44,450 bases of DNA from Verrucomicrobiota bacterium (GCA_041306525.1 JBFZFE010000063.1:1-44450); one strand, 5' to 3'; positions 23,417 through 33,500 are shown, numbered from the stretch's first letter. Notes: a model not told the origin generated them from the letters alone. A program made the numbers and translations.

Positions 23417-24673
23417 ATGCACACAAGGAGATATTTACTCGGTTTCGCCATGCTGCTGGCCCTGATTGGCTGCAGCCGCTCCCCCGAACGCTCGTTCGAG
23501 GAGGGCGTGCGCCTTTACCAAGCGCAGGACTACCCCAAGGCGGCAGCGGCACTCGAAAAGGCCATGGCCACCGCACCGCCAACCCCGCAAGTCCTCACCA
23601 TGATCGGGGTCTGCCGTCTGCACGCCGGGAAAACTGAGGCTGCCATGCAGAGATTTCGCGCGGCAATTCAACTCGATCCCAACCACCTGCCGGCACGCTA
23701 TAACCTCGCCCTCGCCCAACTCGAAGCCGGTCAGACCGAGGCTGCTGCCAACGCCCTGCGCCAACTCGCGCAACTTACTGGTGTCCCATCCGAGATCAAC
23801 CTCCCGCTTGCGACCGCCTATAACAATCTCGCCGTCGCCGCCGTGCGTTTGCGCGACATCAAACGTGCGGAGCAATACTTTGAACTCGCGGTCAAAGCTG
23901 ACCCGGGGTCTGTTGCCGCACGCAATCTCAACATGCTTCGCACGCCACCGGCCCCGCCGCCGCAAACCACAACTTCTGTCGCTCCGATCCTGCGGCCGGC
24001 AACCCCGCCCACCAACACGATTCCCCCGCAACCAGCCACCAAAAGCCAGCCCGCACCTCCCCCCACTCCGGCAACGCCCGTTGTCACGAACAACATTGTG
24101 GCAGCCCCGCAGACCGCTTCACCACCACCCAAAACAGAGCAGCCCGCCTCCGCGGTCGGCGCCAAACGCCGGCCCCCGACAGCTTCCCGCTCCCTGCCAA
24201 CCGGCAACCGCGACGAGGCACGCAAGTATTTTGCGGAGGCGGTCAAGTTGCAGCAGCAATCGAAGCAGGCCAATGCCATCGCCTATTACACACAGGCCAT
24301 CAAGCTGGACCCCTCCTATACGCAAGCCTATTACAACCTCGCCATCAGCTATCGCGACAGCCGTCAGTTCGATCGGGCCTTTGAGAACTACGAGCTGGCC
24401 TTGATGAGTGATCCGAAATTCCACGATGCCCGTTACAATTACGCCATCCTGCTTCAGGATCAGGGCTACACCTTCGATGCGCTCGAGCAGTACGAGAAAA
24501 TACTCCATGCGAACCCGAATGACGCCGCTGTGCATCTGACGGTGGCCGCGCTTTGCGCTCGGGATCGGTCGTTGCGTCCAAAGGCCCGGGAACATTACGA
24601 GACCTATCTGAAGCTGGTTCCCAATTCGCCGCTGACCCGCGACATCCGCGCTTGGCTCGACCAGAACCGCTAA
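23417..24673 (+). CDS. TPR-repeat lipoprotein with a central Pro-rich linker
   Basis: The in-frame ATG at 23417 gives MHTRRYLLGFAMLLALIGCS, a lipobox LIGC. TPR repeats lie on both sides of a ~90-aa Pro/Thr/Ala-rich segment. The 5' part of track ORF 22907..24673 is antisense to the zinc-ribbon gene and was rejected. Confidence 0.8.
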   Translation: MHTRRYLLGFAMLLALIGCSRSPERSFEEGVRLYQAQDYPKAAAALEKAMATAPPTPQVLTMIGVCRLHAGKTEAAMQRFRAAIQLDPNHLPARYNLALAQLEAGQTEAAANALRQLAQLTGVPSEINLPLATAYNNLAVAAVRLRDIKRAEQYFELAVKADPGSVAARNLNMLRTPPAPPPQTTTSVAPILRPATPPTNTIPPQPATKSQPAPPPTPATPVVTNNIVAAPQTASPPPKTEQPASAVGAKRRPPTASRSLPTGNRDEARKYFAEAVKLQQQSKQANAIAYYTQAIKLDPSYTQAYYNLAISYRDSRQFDRAFENYELALMSDPKFHDARYNYAILLQDQGYTFDALEQYEKILHANPNDAAVHLTVAALCARDRSLRPKAREHYETYLKLVPNSPLTRDIRAWLDQNR

Positions 24674-25140
24674 GGGGACTTCCTCTCGGCGGGCAGCAGA
24701 AACCAGGTCAAAGTTCTCCCCAATAACGACGTTTTGGCCGCCGGCCGAGTCAGCGCGTGAAATGGTCCTTCCGCAAAGAACGCCAAGATGATGCAGGCCA
24801 ACATGAAGGCGCGCAACCCACCGGCCAGCGAGCCTGCCGGCCGCGCCTCACCCCAGCGCTCCATGGCATGTTCCTGGATTCGGCTCCGAAACTGCCCAAC
24901 AAGCAGCTTCGCTGCCACCAGCAGCAAAATGAAACTTAGCCCGGTGGTTGTCTGGCCCGTCACTCGGCTGGCCTCGGCCAGCGCTTGACTGGTCCAGTGG
25001 AACAAACCAAAACCGGTGAGTCCAAAAACCAAGACCCCCAGGGTGCGTGGCAGTTCCATCGGCAGCCCGCGGCGATAGCCGCGCTTGGCCCACCACAAAC
25101 ACCACGTCACAACCACCAGATCCAGAAAACCCAATCGCAT
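24670..25140 (-). CDS. CvpA-family (colicin V production) membrane protein
   Basis: Starting at the internal ATG 25140 gives MRLGFLDLVVVTWCLWWAKRGYRRGL..., with about 4 TM segments resembling CvpA. The track start 25254 would leave only 11 nt to the divergent kinase gene. The start choice is uncertain. Confidence 0.55.
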   Translation of the reverse strand: MRLGFLDLVVVTWCLWWAKRGYRRGLPMELPRTLGVLVFGLTGFGLFHWTSQALAEASRVTGQTTTGLSFILLLVAAKLLVGQFRSRIQEHAMERWGEARPAGSLAGGLRAFMLACIILAFFAEGPFHALTRPAAKTSLLGRTLTWFLLPAERKSP

Positions 25141-25265
25141 TCGGAGCGCAGCTTGTCGCAGTCCTCCCAGGAAGGCAAGCGCACTCCCGAGGCTGCCCTC
25201 TGGACAGCGGCACAACTCGAACATAGCGTAGCCAGCGACCCATACCGTCGCCATTCGGACATTCC

Positions 25266-27026
25266 ATGCCTGATCTGGATCTTTTGGTTCGTCTATTTGA
25301 CGCCTTGCCGCAAGCGGCCATCCTGGCCAACCGTGCGGGGCTGATCTTGTACGTCAGCCGGCGTGCGGCAGAGATGCTGAACTGCCGTCCCGAGGAGTTG
25401 ACCGGCCAGCAGGCTGCCTGCTTGGTGCCCGAACGCGTCGCGCAGAATCATGTTGAGCGTTGCCGGGCGTGGTTTGACCATCCGCACTGGCTCAAAATGG
25501 GCGCACCGAATGGGATTTCGGTACGCCGGCGCGACGGCACGGAGCTACCCGTTGAAATCGTTCTCGCTCCATGGCCGCTGGACGGGGAGATGGCCGCCTT
25601 GGCGCTGTTGCGGGACGCCTCTGACTACAAGCGGATCGCGTCTTCATTGCGCGAGAGCGAAGAACGCTACCGGCAACTGCTCGCCGCCGTGACGGATTAC
25701 GTCTATTGCGTCAAGGTGGAGAATGGTCGCGCGGTGGATTCCGAGCATGGCCCGACGAGTGTGGCGGTGACGGGCTATCAGCCTGCGGAGTACAAGGCCG
25801 ACCCCTACTTGTGGCACCGGATGGTTCACCCCGATGACCGTCCCGCCGTGACACAGCAGGCCATGCGGGCCTTGGCCGGCATCAACGTTCCACCTTTGGA
25901 ACACCGGATCTTTCACAAAGACGGCTCCGTTCGCTGGTTGCGCAATGTCATCGCCATCCGGCGAGACCAACAGGGCAATGTGGTCGGCTATGACGGGCTG
26001 ATCTCGGATATCACGCAGCGCAAGAAACTGGAGGAAGAATGGCGCAAACTCTCCAGCGCGGTGGAACAGACCGATGACGTGGTGGCCATCACCGACCGGC
26101 AAGGGATCGTCGAGTATGTGAACCCCTCTTTCGAAAGACATACCGGATACCCAAAGGAGGAAGTCATTGGCCAGACGCTGCGCATCCTGAAGTCGGGGCA
26201 ACATGGACCGGACTTCTATGACCGCCTCTGGGCGACGGTATTGGCCGGGGCGGTGTTTCGCGGAGAATTCGTCAACCGGCGCCGCAGTGGCGAGGTGTTT
26301 ATCGCGGACCAGAGCATCACACCGATGAAGGATGCTACCGGGCAAGTCTCGCATCTGGTGGCGGTCTGGCGTGATGTCACCGAGCGCAAGCAACTGGAGC
26401 AGGCCATTCTCGAAATCAGTGACCGCGAACAGGCGCGCATCGGCCAGGACCTGCACGACGGACTGTGTCAGCATCTCGTCGGCACTGCTTTTGCCGTGCA
26501 GCATCTTGCCCAAAGGTTACCGGCGCGCACGGCACAGTATGTGGCGATCGGCGTGGAGCGCATCGGCAAACTCATTGACGAAGCGATCGAACAGGCGCGC
26601 ACCATGGCGCGTGGGCTATATCCAGTCAAGTTGGAGTCCGACGGCTTCATGGCGGCACTGGAGGATTTGGCAATGCGTTCGCAGCAGCTCTTCAAAGTCC
26701 CCTGCTCCTTTGAATGCGTGCAAACGATACGGGTAAACGACAACAATGCCGCGGTGCACCTGTTTCGCATCGCCCAGGAGGCCGTCACCAATGCCGCAAA
26801 GCACGCCCATGCCAGCCGGATCCAGATCCGTCTGGTGGAGGAGGATGCGCGGCTGACCTTGTCCGTGGAGGATGACGGTTGTGGAATGCCCGAGCAGGCG
26901 GGTTCGCCGACAGGAATGGGGCTGCGGATCATGCATTACCGGGCCCGCATGATCGATGGGGATTTGCAGATCAGGTCCGCGCCAGAAGGCGGCACGATTG
27001 TGCGCTGTTCATGGCGTCCGAATTGA
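25266..27026 (+). CDS. Multi-PAS sensor histidine kinase (HisKA_3 / NarX-DegS type)
   Basis: 586 aa. About three PAS modules separated by coiled linkers (ESEERYRQLL, QRKKLEEEWRKL, ERKQLEQAILE). The HisKA_3 H-box is EQARIGQDLHDGLCQHLVG, and a C-terminal HATPase_c is present (DDGCGMP, GMGLRIMHYRA). No TM segments, so it is probably cytoplasmic. Confidence 0.88.
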   Translation: MPDLDLLVRLFDALPQAAILANRAGLILYVSRRAAEMLNCRPEELTGQQAACLVPERVAQNHVERCRAWFDHPHWLKMGAPNGISVRRRDGTELPVEIVLAPWPLDGEMAALALLRDASDYKRIASSLRESEERYRQLLAAVTDYVYCVKVENGRAVDSEHGPTSVAVTGYQPAEYKADPYLWHRMVHPDDRPAVTQQAMRALAGINVPPLEHRIFHKDGSVRWLRNVIAIRRDQQGNVVGYDGLISDITQRKKLEEEWRKLSSAVEQTDDVVAITDRQGIVEYVNPSFERHTGYPKEEVIGQTLRILKSGQHGPDFYDRLWATVLAGAVFRGEFVNRRRSGEVFIADQSITPMKDATGQVSHLVAVWRDVTERKQLEQAILEISDREQARIGQDLHDGLCQHLVGTAFAVQHLAQRLPARTAQYVAIGVERIGKLIDEAIEQARTMARGLYPVKLESDGFMAALEDLAMRSQQLFKVPCSFECVQTIRVNDNNAAVHLFRIAQEAVTNAAKHAHASRIQIRLVEEDARLTLSVEDDGCGMPEQAGSPTGMGLRIMHYRARMIDGDLQIRSAPEGGTIVRCSWRPN

Positions 27027-27727
27027 TGATGGAGGCAAGCAAGGCGATGAAGACTAAAACCACAAAAACAAGCATCGATAAGAGCCGTGTGCTGGTTGTC
27101 GATGATCATCCCATTGTCCGGGAGCGTCTGGCTGAGATGATCAATCACCAACCCGACCTGATGGTTTGTGGCGAGGCCGAAGACCGTCACGAGGCGCTCA
27201 CGTTGCTTGAGCACGACCGACCCGAACTGGTCATCGTGGACCTGGTCCTGAAGAACACCCACGGACTCGATCTCATCAAGGACATCCATGCACGTTGGCC
27301 TGCCGTGGCAGTTCTGGTGGTCTCCATGCACGAGGAACCTCTCTATGCCGAGCGCGCGCTGCACGCCGGCGCAAGGGGCTACATCACCAAACAGGAGGCC
27401 ACGACCAACATCTTGGTGGCAATTCGCCGCGTCCTGCGCGGCGAAGTTTATCTCAGCGAGAAAATGGCCTTGCCGCTCGCCGCCAAGGCTGTCGGGCATG
27501 CCGCCCGGGCACCTGCCTTCTCGATTGAACGCCTCAGCGACAGAGAACTGCAGGTCTTTGAATTGATCGGCAAAGGTCACGGTTCCGTGCAGATTTCTGA
27601 CGAACTCAAGCTCGACATCAAAACGGTCGAAACCTACCGGGAACGCATCAAGAAGAAACTCAACCTGCGTGATGCAGCCGAACTTCTGCAAACGGCCATT
27701 ACATGGGTGCGCAGTACTTCCCAGTAG
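27026..27727 (+). CDS. NarL/FixJ-family response regulator (REC plus LuxR-type HTH)
   Basis: The ATG at 27026 shares its A with the kinase TGA. The REC domain shows VLVVDDHPIVRE and LVIVDLVLKN. The C-terminal LuxR HTH shows LSDRELQVFELIGKGHGSVQISDELKLDIKTVETYRERIKKKL. Confidence 0.9.
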   Translation: MMEASKAMKTKTTKTSIDKSRVLVVDDHPIVRERLAEMINHQPDLMVCGEAEDRHEALTLLEHDRPELVIVDLVLKNTHGLDLIKDIHARWPAVAVLVVSMHEEPLYAERALHAGARGYITKQEATTNILVAIRRVLRGEVYLSEKMALPLAAKAVGHAARAPAFSIERLSDRELQVFELIGKGHGSVQISDELKLDIKTVETYRERIKKKLNLRDAAELLQTAITWVRSTSQ

Positions 27728-27867
27728 GACCTTCGCCGCTCGTCCCAACATTGTCAGGAGAAATCCGATGCAGGGCTTGCAGCCATTCCTGACAAACTCC
27801 GCAGCGCTTTCCTCAAGGCACATCCTGCCCTGCCCTCCTAGCTTGAAAGAGGAAGTGAGGGCACGCG

Positions 27868-28608
27868 ATGAGACGAGCCGTATTCAAAGGCCTGTTGCTG
27901 GCAACCATTCTCATGCTCGGGCTTGCCTCAGACAGGAGATCGCATCCCGCCGCCTTGGAAAGCGAGCGGCAGCATGATGAGCGCATGTGGGCGATGATGC
28001 GGCAAATGCTGGCTGATTTCGGGCGGAGCAACCAAGTTGCGGCGCTGGATGATGCCTGGAAGAAAACCAAGACACCACAGCAATGGGTCTTGTTCGGCTG
28101 GGACCAAGCCCACGAAATTCCGTTCACGCCGACCGAGACGGTTCAGCAGATTGCGCGTGCTTGCCGTGATGCCAAGACACTCAACGAGGCTCTCCAACTC
28201 GCCTGCGCTCACCCAGCGGACACCGCCGACATCATTCTCGGTCTGCTGACTTGGACCAGCAATGGTGGCGCGCCATCACTGCAAGGGCGCGCGGACTTGG
28301 CATTGCACTTCATCCATGCCGCAGCCTACGAGTGCTTGTTCGGAATGGGGCGAGCCGTTTCCGTGGCCAAAGAATACCTGGACCAATCACAGGGCAAGCC
28401 GTTCGACCTCGACGACCTGGCAGCGGGATTTGCCGGGGCCGAGTGGGTGAAGCAAGCTCAGCGACATCTGCGCTGGCGAAATGCCTGGGCCACAGGCGAG
28501 AAGAACTTGGACAGAAACCTGCCGGCATTCAAATACGGGACCGGACTGCCATCGGCGGAGCAATTGGTGAAGATTCAGGAGGAGATTGCCGCGCAAATGG
28601 TGCGTTGA
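27868..28608 (+). CDS. Hypothetical secreted protein
   Basis: 246 aa. Signal peptide MRRAVFKGLLLATILMLGLAS. Mostly helical composition. No family recognised. Confidence 0.55.
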   Translation: MRRAVFKGLLLATILMLGLASDRRSHPAALESERQHDERMWAMMRQMLADFGRSNQVAALDDAWKKTKTPQQWVLFGWDQAHEIPFTPTETVQQIARACRDAKTLNEALQLACAHPADTADIILGLLTWTSNGGAPSLQGRADLALHFIHAAAYECLFGMGRAVSVAKEYLDQSQGKPFDLDDLAAGFAGAEWVKQAQRHLRWRNAWATGEKNLDRNLPAFKYGTGLPSAEQLVKIQEEIAAQMVR

Positions 28609-28612
28609 GGTG

Positions 28613-30055
28613 TCAGCTCCCGGCGAACGTCTCTGCGAGAGCAATCGCTTTCCGCATTGCCTTGGACTTGTTGACCGTTTCGGTGAACTCCGCCGCCGCT
28701 TGGCTGTCGGCCACAATGCCGCCACCGGCTTGCACATACGCCACACCATCCTTGAGCAGCGCCGTGCGCAATGTGATGCAGCTGTCGAGATTGCCATGGA
28801 AACTGAAGTACCCGACGGCGCCCGCGTACGGACCGCGTTGCGTCGATTCAAGCTCGCTGATGATCTGCATCGCACGCACCTTCGGCGCCCCGCTGACCGT
28901 GCCGGCCGGGAAGGTGGCGCGCATCAGGTCGTAAGGTGACCGGCCTTTCTGGAGCGTGCCTTCCACCTGACTGACAATATGCATGACATGACTGTAACGC
29001 TCGACAGTCATGAACTCCGGCACATGTACCGACCCGTAATCACAAACACGACCGATGTCATTGCGCGCGAGGTCCACCAACATCAGATGTTCGGCTCGTT
29101 CCTTCTCGTCTTCGAGCAGGTCCTTCTCCAAGGCGTGGTCTTCCTCAATGGTCTTGCCGCGCCAGCGCGTCCCGGCAATCGGTCGAATTTCCACGTGACC
29201 GTCTTCGCTGCGCACATGGATTTCAGGAGAAGCGCCCACGAGTTGAAAATCCTCGAAATCGAGCAGGAACATGTACGGCGATGGGTTCACAGAGCGCAGC
29301 GCCCGGTAGATATCGAGCGCACTGGCCTTGGTCGTGATCTCAAAACGTTGCGCCAACACCGTCTGGATAATGTCACCGGCCTTGATGTACTCCTGCGCCT
29401 TCGCCACGATCCCAGCATGCCGCTCGGGCGTCATGTTGGAGGTCACCGGCAAGTCGGCTGGATCACGGCGAAACTCAACCGGCCGGGCCGGCATCGGTCG
29501 CCCAAGTTGCGCAATGATCTCATCGACTGTTGCACACGCCGCCGCATAGGCCATCTCAGGAGAGCCCTGCACATGGGCGTTCGCAACGACTTTGATGGTC
29601 TGGCTTACCCGGTCAAAAATCAACAGGGCGTCGGTGATCATGAAACACAGCGTGGGCGTCCCCAAGTCATCGCGCGCCGGCAAGGAAACGCTCGGCTCAA
29701 CGAAATGGATGTATTCGTAACCGATGAACCCGACAGCCCCGCCGGCAAAACGAGGCAATCCCGGCACCGTCACGGGCCGAAACTTCGCCATCTCGGTCTC
29801 GACCTGCCGCAAAGGGTCATCACCCGTTCGCCCATTGACGCGAATCACGGTATGCGGGTTTGCGCCAATAAATGAATACCGGCTGATGTGTTCGCCGCCT
29901 TCCACCGACTCCAACAGGAAGGAAGGACCGCGCTTGCGGATCTTCTGGTAAGCCGTCACGGGCGTCTCGGTGTCGGCCAGAATCTCGCGATAAACAGGGA
30001 TCAAGTTCCCCTGCTCCGCCAACCGGCTAAACTCGGCTTTGGACGGCGTGAACAT
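28613..30055 (-). CDS. trpE: Anthranilate synthase component I
   Basis: 480 aa. The N-terminal Trp-feedback region is LLESVEGGE. The chorismate-binding core is present (GTRWRGKT, ERAEHLMLVDLARND, GAPKVRAMQII, RGPYAGAVGYFSFHGNLDSCITLRT). Confidence 0.93.
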   Translation of the reverse strand: MFTPSKAEFSRLAEQGNLIPVYREILADTETPVTAYQKIRKRGPSFLLESVEGGEHISRYSFIGANPHTVIRVNGRTGDDPLRQVETEMAKFRPVTVPGLPRFAGGAVGFIGYEYIHFVEPSVSLPARDDLGTPTLCFMITDALLIFDRVSQTIKVVANAHVQGSPEMAYAAACATVDEIIAQLGRPMPARPVEFRRDPADLPVTSNMTPERHAGIVAKAQEYIKAGDIIQTVLAQRFEITTKASALDIYRALRSVNPSPYMFLLDFEDFQLVGASPEIHVRSEDGHVEIRPIAGTRWRGKTIEEDHALEKDLLEDEKERAEHLMLVDLARNDIGRVCDYGSVHVPEFMTVERYSHVMHIVSQVEGTLQKGRSPYDLMRATFPAGTVSGAPKVRAMQIISELESTQRGPYAGAVGYFSFHGNLDSCITLRTALLKDGVAYVQAGGGIVADSQAAAEFTETVNKSKAMRKAIALAETFAGS

Positions 30056-30056
30056 C

Positions 30057-30440
30057 CTACTTCTTCCCGTACACCTTCTCAGGATCCACCAAGCGCGGCT
30101 CGGTGATCTTCGTCATCTCCCCATCGATGGTCCGGTAGAAACAGGACTTGTAGCCATCGTGACAGGCCGCGCCCACCTGCTCGACCTGCGCCAGCAGGCA
30201 ATCCTTGTCGCAATCAAACGACAGGCTTTTGACCTTCTGCGTGTGCCCGCTGGTCGCTCCCTTGTGCCAGATTTCCTTGCGTGAGCGACTCCAGTACACC
30301 ATTTCGCCCACTTCCAGTGTTTTCGTGAGCGATTCCTTGTTCATCCATGCCACCATCAAAACGCGTCCCGTGCTCGCTTCCTGCACGACGGCGGGGATCA
30401 ACCCGTTGCTGTCATATTTCAATTCATCAACAATCTTCAT
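30057..30440 (-). CDS. hisI: Phosphoribosyl-AMP cyclohydrolase (monofunctional HisI)
   Basis: 127 aa. Contains [30 protein letters not shown] and CDKDCLL...GAACH motifs. No HisE (pyrophosphohydrolase) domain is attached. Confidence 0.92.
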   Translation of the reverse strand: MKIVDELKYDSNGLIPAVVQEASTGRVLMVAWMNKESLTKTLEVGEMVYWSRSRKEIWHKGATSGHTQKVKSLSFDCDKDCLLAQVEQVGAACHDGYKSCFYRTIDGEMTKITEPRLVDPEKVYGKK

Positions 30441-31198
30441 AACCGCACCTCGATTCCTTTCTGCTGTAGGAACTTCTTCGCGTCGGCGACCTTGTACTCA
30501 CCGAAGTGGAAAATGCTGGCCGCCAACACCGCGTCCGCCTTGCCGGCGGTAAGCACTTCTGCCATGTGCTGGAGGCTACCGGCTCCGCCGCTGGCAATGA
30601 CCGGGATCTGCACCGCCTCGCTGATTGCCCGGGTCAACCCAATGTCGTAGCCCGCCTTCGTGCCATCCGCGTCCATGCTGGTCAGCAGGATTTCTCCCGC
30701 GCCCAATTCCTCCACCTGGCACGCCCAGGCGACCGCGTCCAAGCCGGTCTGGCGACGGCCACCGTGCGTGAACACTTCCCAGCGTTCTTCACCGGCCACG
30801 CGCTTGGCGTCAATTGCCACGACGATGCATTGCGAGCCAAACTTCTCTGCACCAGCCCGCACGAGCGCGGGGTTTTGAATGGCCGCTGTGTTGACGCTGG
30901 TCTTGTCGGCGCCGGCCTTGAGCATCGCCCGCATGTCCTCGGGGGTCCGGATCCCGCCGCCAACCGTCAGCGGCATGAAGCACTCGCTGGCGGTCCGCGC
31001 CACGACATCCATCATGGTCACTCGGTTCTCGTGGCTGGCTGTGATGTCCAGAAACACGAGCTCATCAGCTCCCTGCCGGTCGTACTCTTTGGCGCACTCG
31101 ACAGGATCGCCCGCGTCGCGCAGGTTCAGGAACTTGGTTCCCTTCACCACGCGTCCACGATCCACGTCCAAGCAAGGAATGATGCGTTTGGCCAACAC
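30437..31198 (-). CDS. hisF: Imidazole glycerol phosphate synthase cyclase subunit
   Basis: [11 protein letters not shown] at the N-terminus, then [20 protein letters not shown] and ASGGAG. I chose GTG 31198 (or TTG 31195) rather than the track ATG 31240, which adds 14 atypical residues. Confidence 0.93.
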   Translation of the reverse strand: MLAKRIIPCLDVDRGRVVKGTKFLNLRDAGDPVECAKEYDRQGADELVFLDITASHENRVTMMDVVARTASECFMPLTVGGGIRTPEDMRAMLKAGADKTSVNTAAIQNPALVRAGAEKFGSQCIVVAIDAKRVAGEERWEVFTHGGRRQTGLDAVAWACQVEELGAGEILLTSMDADGTKAGYDIGLTRAISEAVQIPVIASGGAGSLQHMAEVLTAGKADAVLAASIFHFGEYKVADAKKFLQQKGIEVRL

Positions 31199-31260
31199 GG
31201 GCGCGAAGATACAGGAAACAAACCGGCTCGCAACAGGCAAAATTATCGCACTTGCACAGT

Positions 31261-32241
31261 CTAGCCTTCAACGTCGCCGACAATCTCCTCGACGATGTCC
31301 TCGATGGTGACGATGCCGATGTGTCGGTTCGCCGGCGTCACGACGACACTGATGGGGTTGCGGTTGCTGCGCAGGATGGGCAGCACGCGGTTGATGCGGT
31401 CCGTGGCGAGCAGGAACTGCGGCGGCTGCATCACATCCGCCACCGACTTCCCGATGAGTTCTTCACCAGCAAACAGGAGCTCATACACGTTCAGGACCCC
31501 GATGATCTTGTCACCCTCCCGGACCGGCATGCGCGCGTAGCCGCTCTGCCGCGAGATATCGAGCGCTTGCACCACCGGCGTCTGCGGTGTGAGTGTCAGG
31601 ATCCGGCCCATGGGGAGCATGACTTCCTGGATGGTTTTGTAGGGGAAATCAAAGACCCCATGGATCATCTGGCGTTCATCAGCGCTGAGGGCCCCGCCGT
31701 CTTCACCTTCCTTGGCCAGATGCTTGAGTTCCTCACGGGTGACAAAGAACGGTCGTTGTTGGTCAGCGCCGCCGCTGAAGCGGAGGATGAGGCGCATGAG
31801 CAGGCGAAACAGCCCGACGAATGGCGCGAGCACCCATGCCACCGCGTTGAGCAGATCGGCCAGGCTCATGCAGAGCCGGTAGCTGTATTTGCGGAAGAGG
31901 GTCTTCGGGACAATTTCGCCCAACACCACCAGCGCCAAGGACGAGACAAAGGTGGCGATGAAGCCCGTCCAGTAGTGCTCACCAAACCATCGGGCGGTCA
32001 ACGCCGAGATGCAGACGGCCACGAGTGTGTTGACCAGATTGTTGCCGACCAACGTGGTTCCCAAGAGACGCTCGGAGTTCTCCACGAAGGAGCTGAGGAT
32101 GGCGGCGCGGCGGTTCTTGTGTTCCACCTCGTGGCGCAGACGAATCCGATTCAGCGAAATCAAGCCGGTCTCGATTCCCGAAAAGAAGGCGGAAGCGGGC
32201 AGCCCGACGACAATCCACAGCAGATACCAGAACTCCGTCAT
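31261..32241 (-). CDS. CNNM/DUF21-CBS family membrane protein lacking the CorC_HlyC C-terminal domain
   Basis: ATG 32241 overlaps the stop of the upstream paralog as ATGA. The DUF21 region shows [15 protein letters not shown] and [16 protein letters not shown] pair follows, and the protein ends right after [13 protein letters not shown]. Confidence 0.82.
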   Translation of the reverse strand: MTEFWYLLWIVVGLPASAFFSGIETGLISLNRIRLRHEVEHKNRRAAILSSFVENSERLLGTTLVGNNLVNTLVAVCISALTARWFGEHYWTGFIATFVSSLALVVLGEIVPKTLFRKYSYRLCMSLADLLNAVAWVLAPFVGLFRLLMRLILRFSGGADQQRPFFVTREELKHLAKEGEDGGALSADERQMIHGVFDFPYKTIQEVMLPMGRILTLTPQTPVVQALDISRQSGYARMPVREGDKIIGVLNVYELLFAGEELIGKSVADVMQPPQFLLATDRINRVLPILRSNRNPISVVVTPANRHIGIVTIEDIVEEIVGDVEG

Positions 32242-33500
32242 TTGGACGCTGCCTCCACCCAGAGCAGGACTTCCCGAACGCGATTCTTGGCAACTTTGCG
32301 GGCGACAACACGGACGTTGTCCGCCCGAACGCTGTCGCCATCTTTCGGCAATGTCCCGAGTTGCGAGATGAGCCAACCGGCAATGGTGTCAACGTCCTCA
32401 GCTTGGAGATAGATGCCGCACTGTTCGTTGACTTCCTCCAAGCGCGCTTTGCCATTGATCAGGAAATGCCCGGCCGCCAGCTTCTGGACCAGGATCTCGC
32501 TGGTGTCGAACTCGTCGGTAATCTCCCCGACAATCTCTTCAAGGATGTCCTCCAAGGTCACCATTCCCTGGGTCCCGCCATGCTCGTCGACAACGATGGC
32601 GATGGGGTGTTCCTGCTTGCGAAAACTTTTGAACAGCCGGCTGACGCTCATCGTCTCGGGCACGAAGTTTGGCAACGCCACCACGTCGTCAAGATCGCAG
32701 TCGGGGTTGATCAGGAATTCTTTGACATTGAGCAACCCCTCCACCGTGTCGGGCGTGTCGTGAATGATCGGCACGCGGCGATGCTTGTACCGGCGAAGCT
32801 CTTTCACCATCTGTTCCCGGCTCCAGGAATCATCGACGCACTGCATATCGACGCGCGGCGTCATGATCTCCTTCACCTGCGTGTCTTCAAGGGCAAGGAT
32901 CTTGTTGACCATCGTCCTTTCTTCACGACGCAGCACGCCCGTATGCTCCCCCAAGCGCAGCAATGTCCGGTATTCCTCTTCCGTCGGCGTATGCGACCGC
33001 ACACGGCGGTCGGCGAAATAGGAAATCTGTTCAACGCGCTTCACAATCCACCCCGCCAGCTGGTCAGCTGAGCGGCGGGCAGGCGACATGGCACGGATGA
33101 TCCAGCGGATGACGACAGCCACTCGCAACGCATAGAACTCGGCATTACGAATCACCAGCGTCTTGGGGGTGACCTCGCCGACCAACAGCACCAGAACCGT
33201 GACAACTGGCACCGCCCACTGTTCCGCATGGGACTGGAGGAGAATGCCCAGAATATGATACCCAAGAACCGCAATGCCCACATTCACCACAGTGTTTCCC
33301 AGCAGAATCGTGGAAAGCAGAACCTGTGGCTGCTCCAGCAATTCGTTGACCACCTGGCCACGCCGTGGATCCTCCTGTCGCAAACGACGGAGCTGCAGCT
33401 TGCTCAGCGAGAAGAGCGCTATCTCTGTACCCGAGAAAAACGCCGAGCAACCGAGCAACCCCACGAGCAACAAACACTCCATTACCAAAGTCGCGAGCAT
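32238..33500 (-). CDS. CNNM/CorC-HlyC family transporter (DUF21, CBS pair and CorC_HlyC domain)
   Basis: 420 aa. The DUF21 region shows SAFFSGTEIALFSLS and TILLGNTVVNV, followed by a CBS pair and LEDILEEIVGEI. A C-terminal transporter-associated domain is present. Confidence 0.88.
   Translation of the reverse strand: MLATLVMECLLLVGLLGCSAFFSGTEIALFSLSKLQLRRLRQEDPRRGQVVNELLEQPQVLLSTILLGNTVVNVGIAVLGYHILGILLQSHAEQWAVPVVTVLVLLVGEVTPKTLVIRNAEFYALRVAVVIRWIIRAMSPARRSADQLAGWIVKRVEQISYFADRRVRSHTPTEEEYRTLLRLGEHTGVLRREERTMVNKILALEDTQVKEIMTPRVDMQCVDDSWSREQMVKELRRYKHRRVPIIHDTPDTVEGLLNVKEFLINPDCDLDDVVALPNFVPETMSVSRLFKSFRKQEHPIAIVVDEHGGTQGMVTLEDILEEIVGEITDEFDTSEILVQKLAAGHFLINGKARLEEVNEQCGIYLQAEDVDTIAGWLISQLGTLPKDGDSVRADNVRVVARKVAKNRVREVLLWVEAASK

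Noticed and set aside
27752-27794. Inverted repeat tgtcagga...tcctgaca downstream of the response-regulator gene, considered as a terminator.
   Set aside because: It has only an 8-bp stem with a 27-nt loop and no following T-run, so it is too weak to call. It could equally be a regulator-binding site for the downstream gene.
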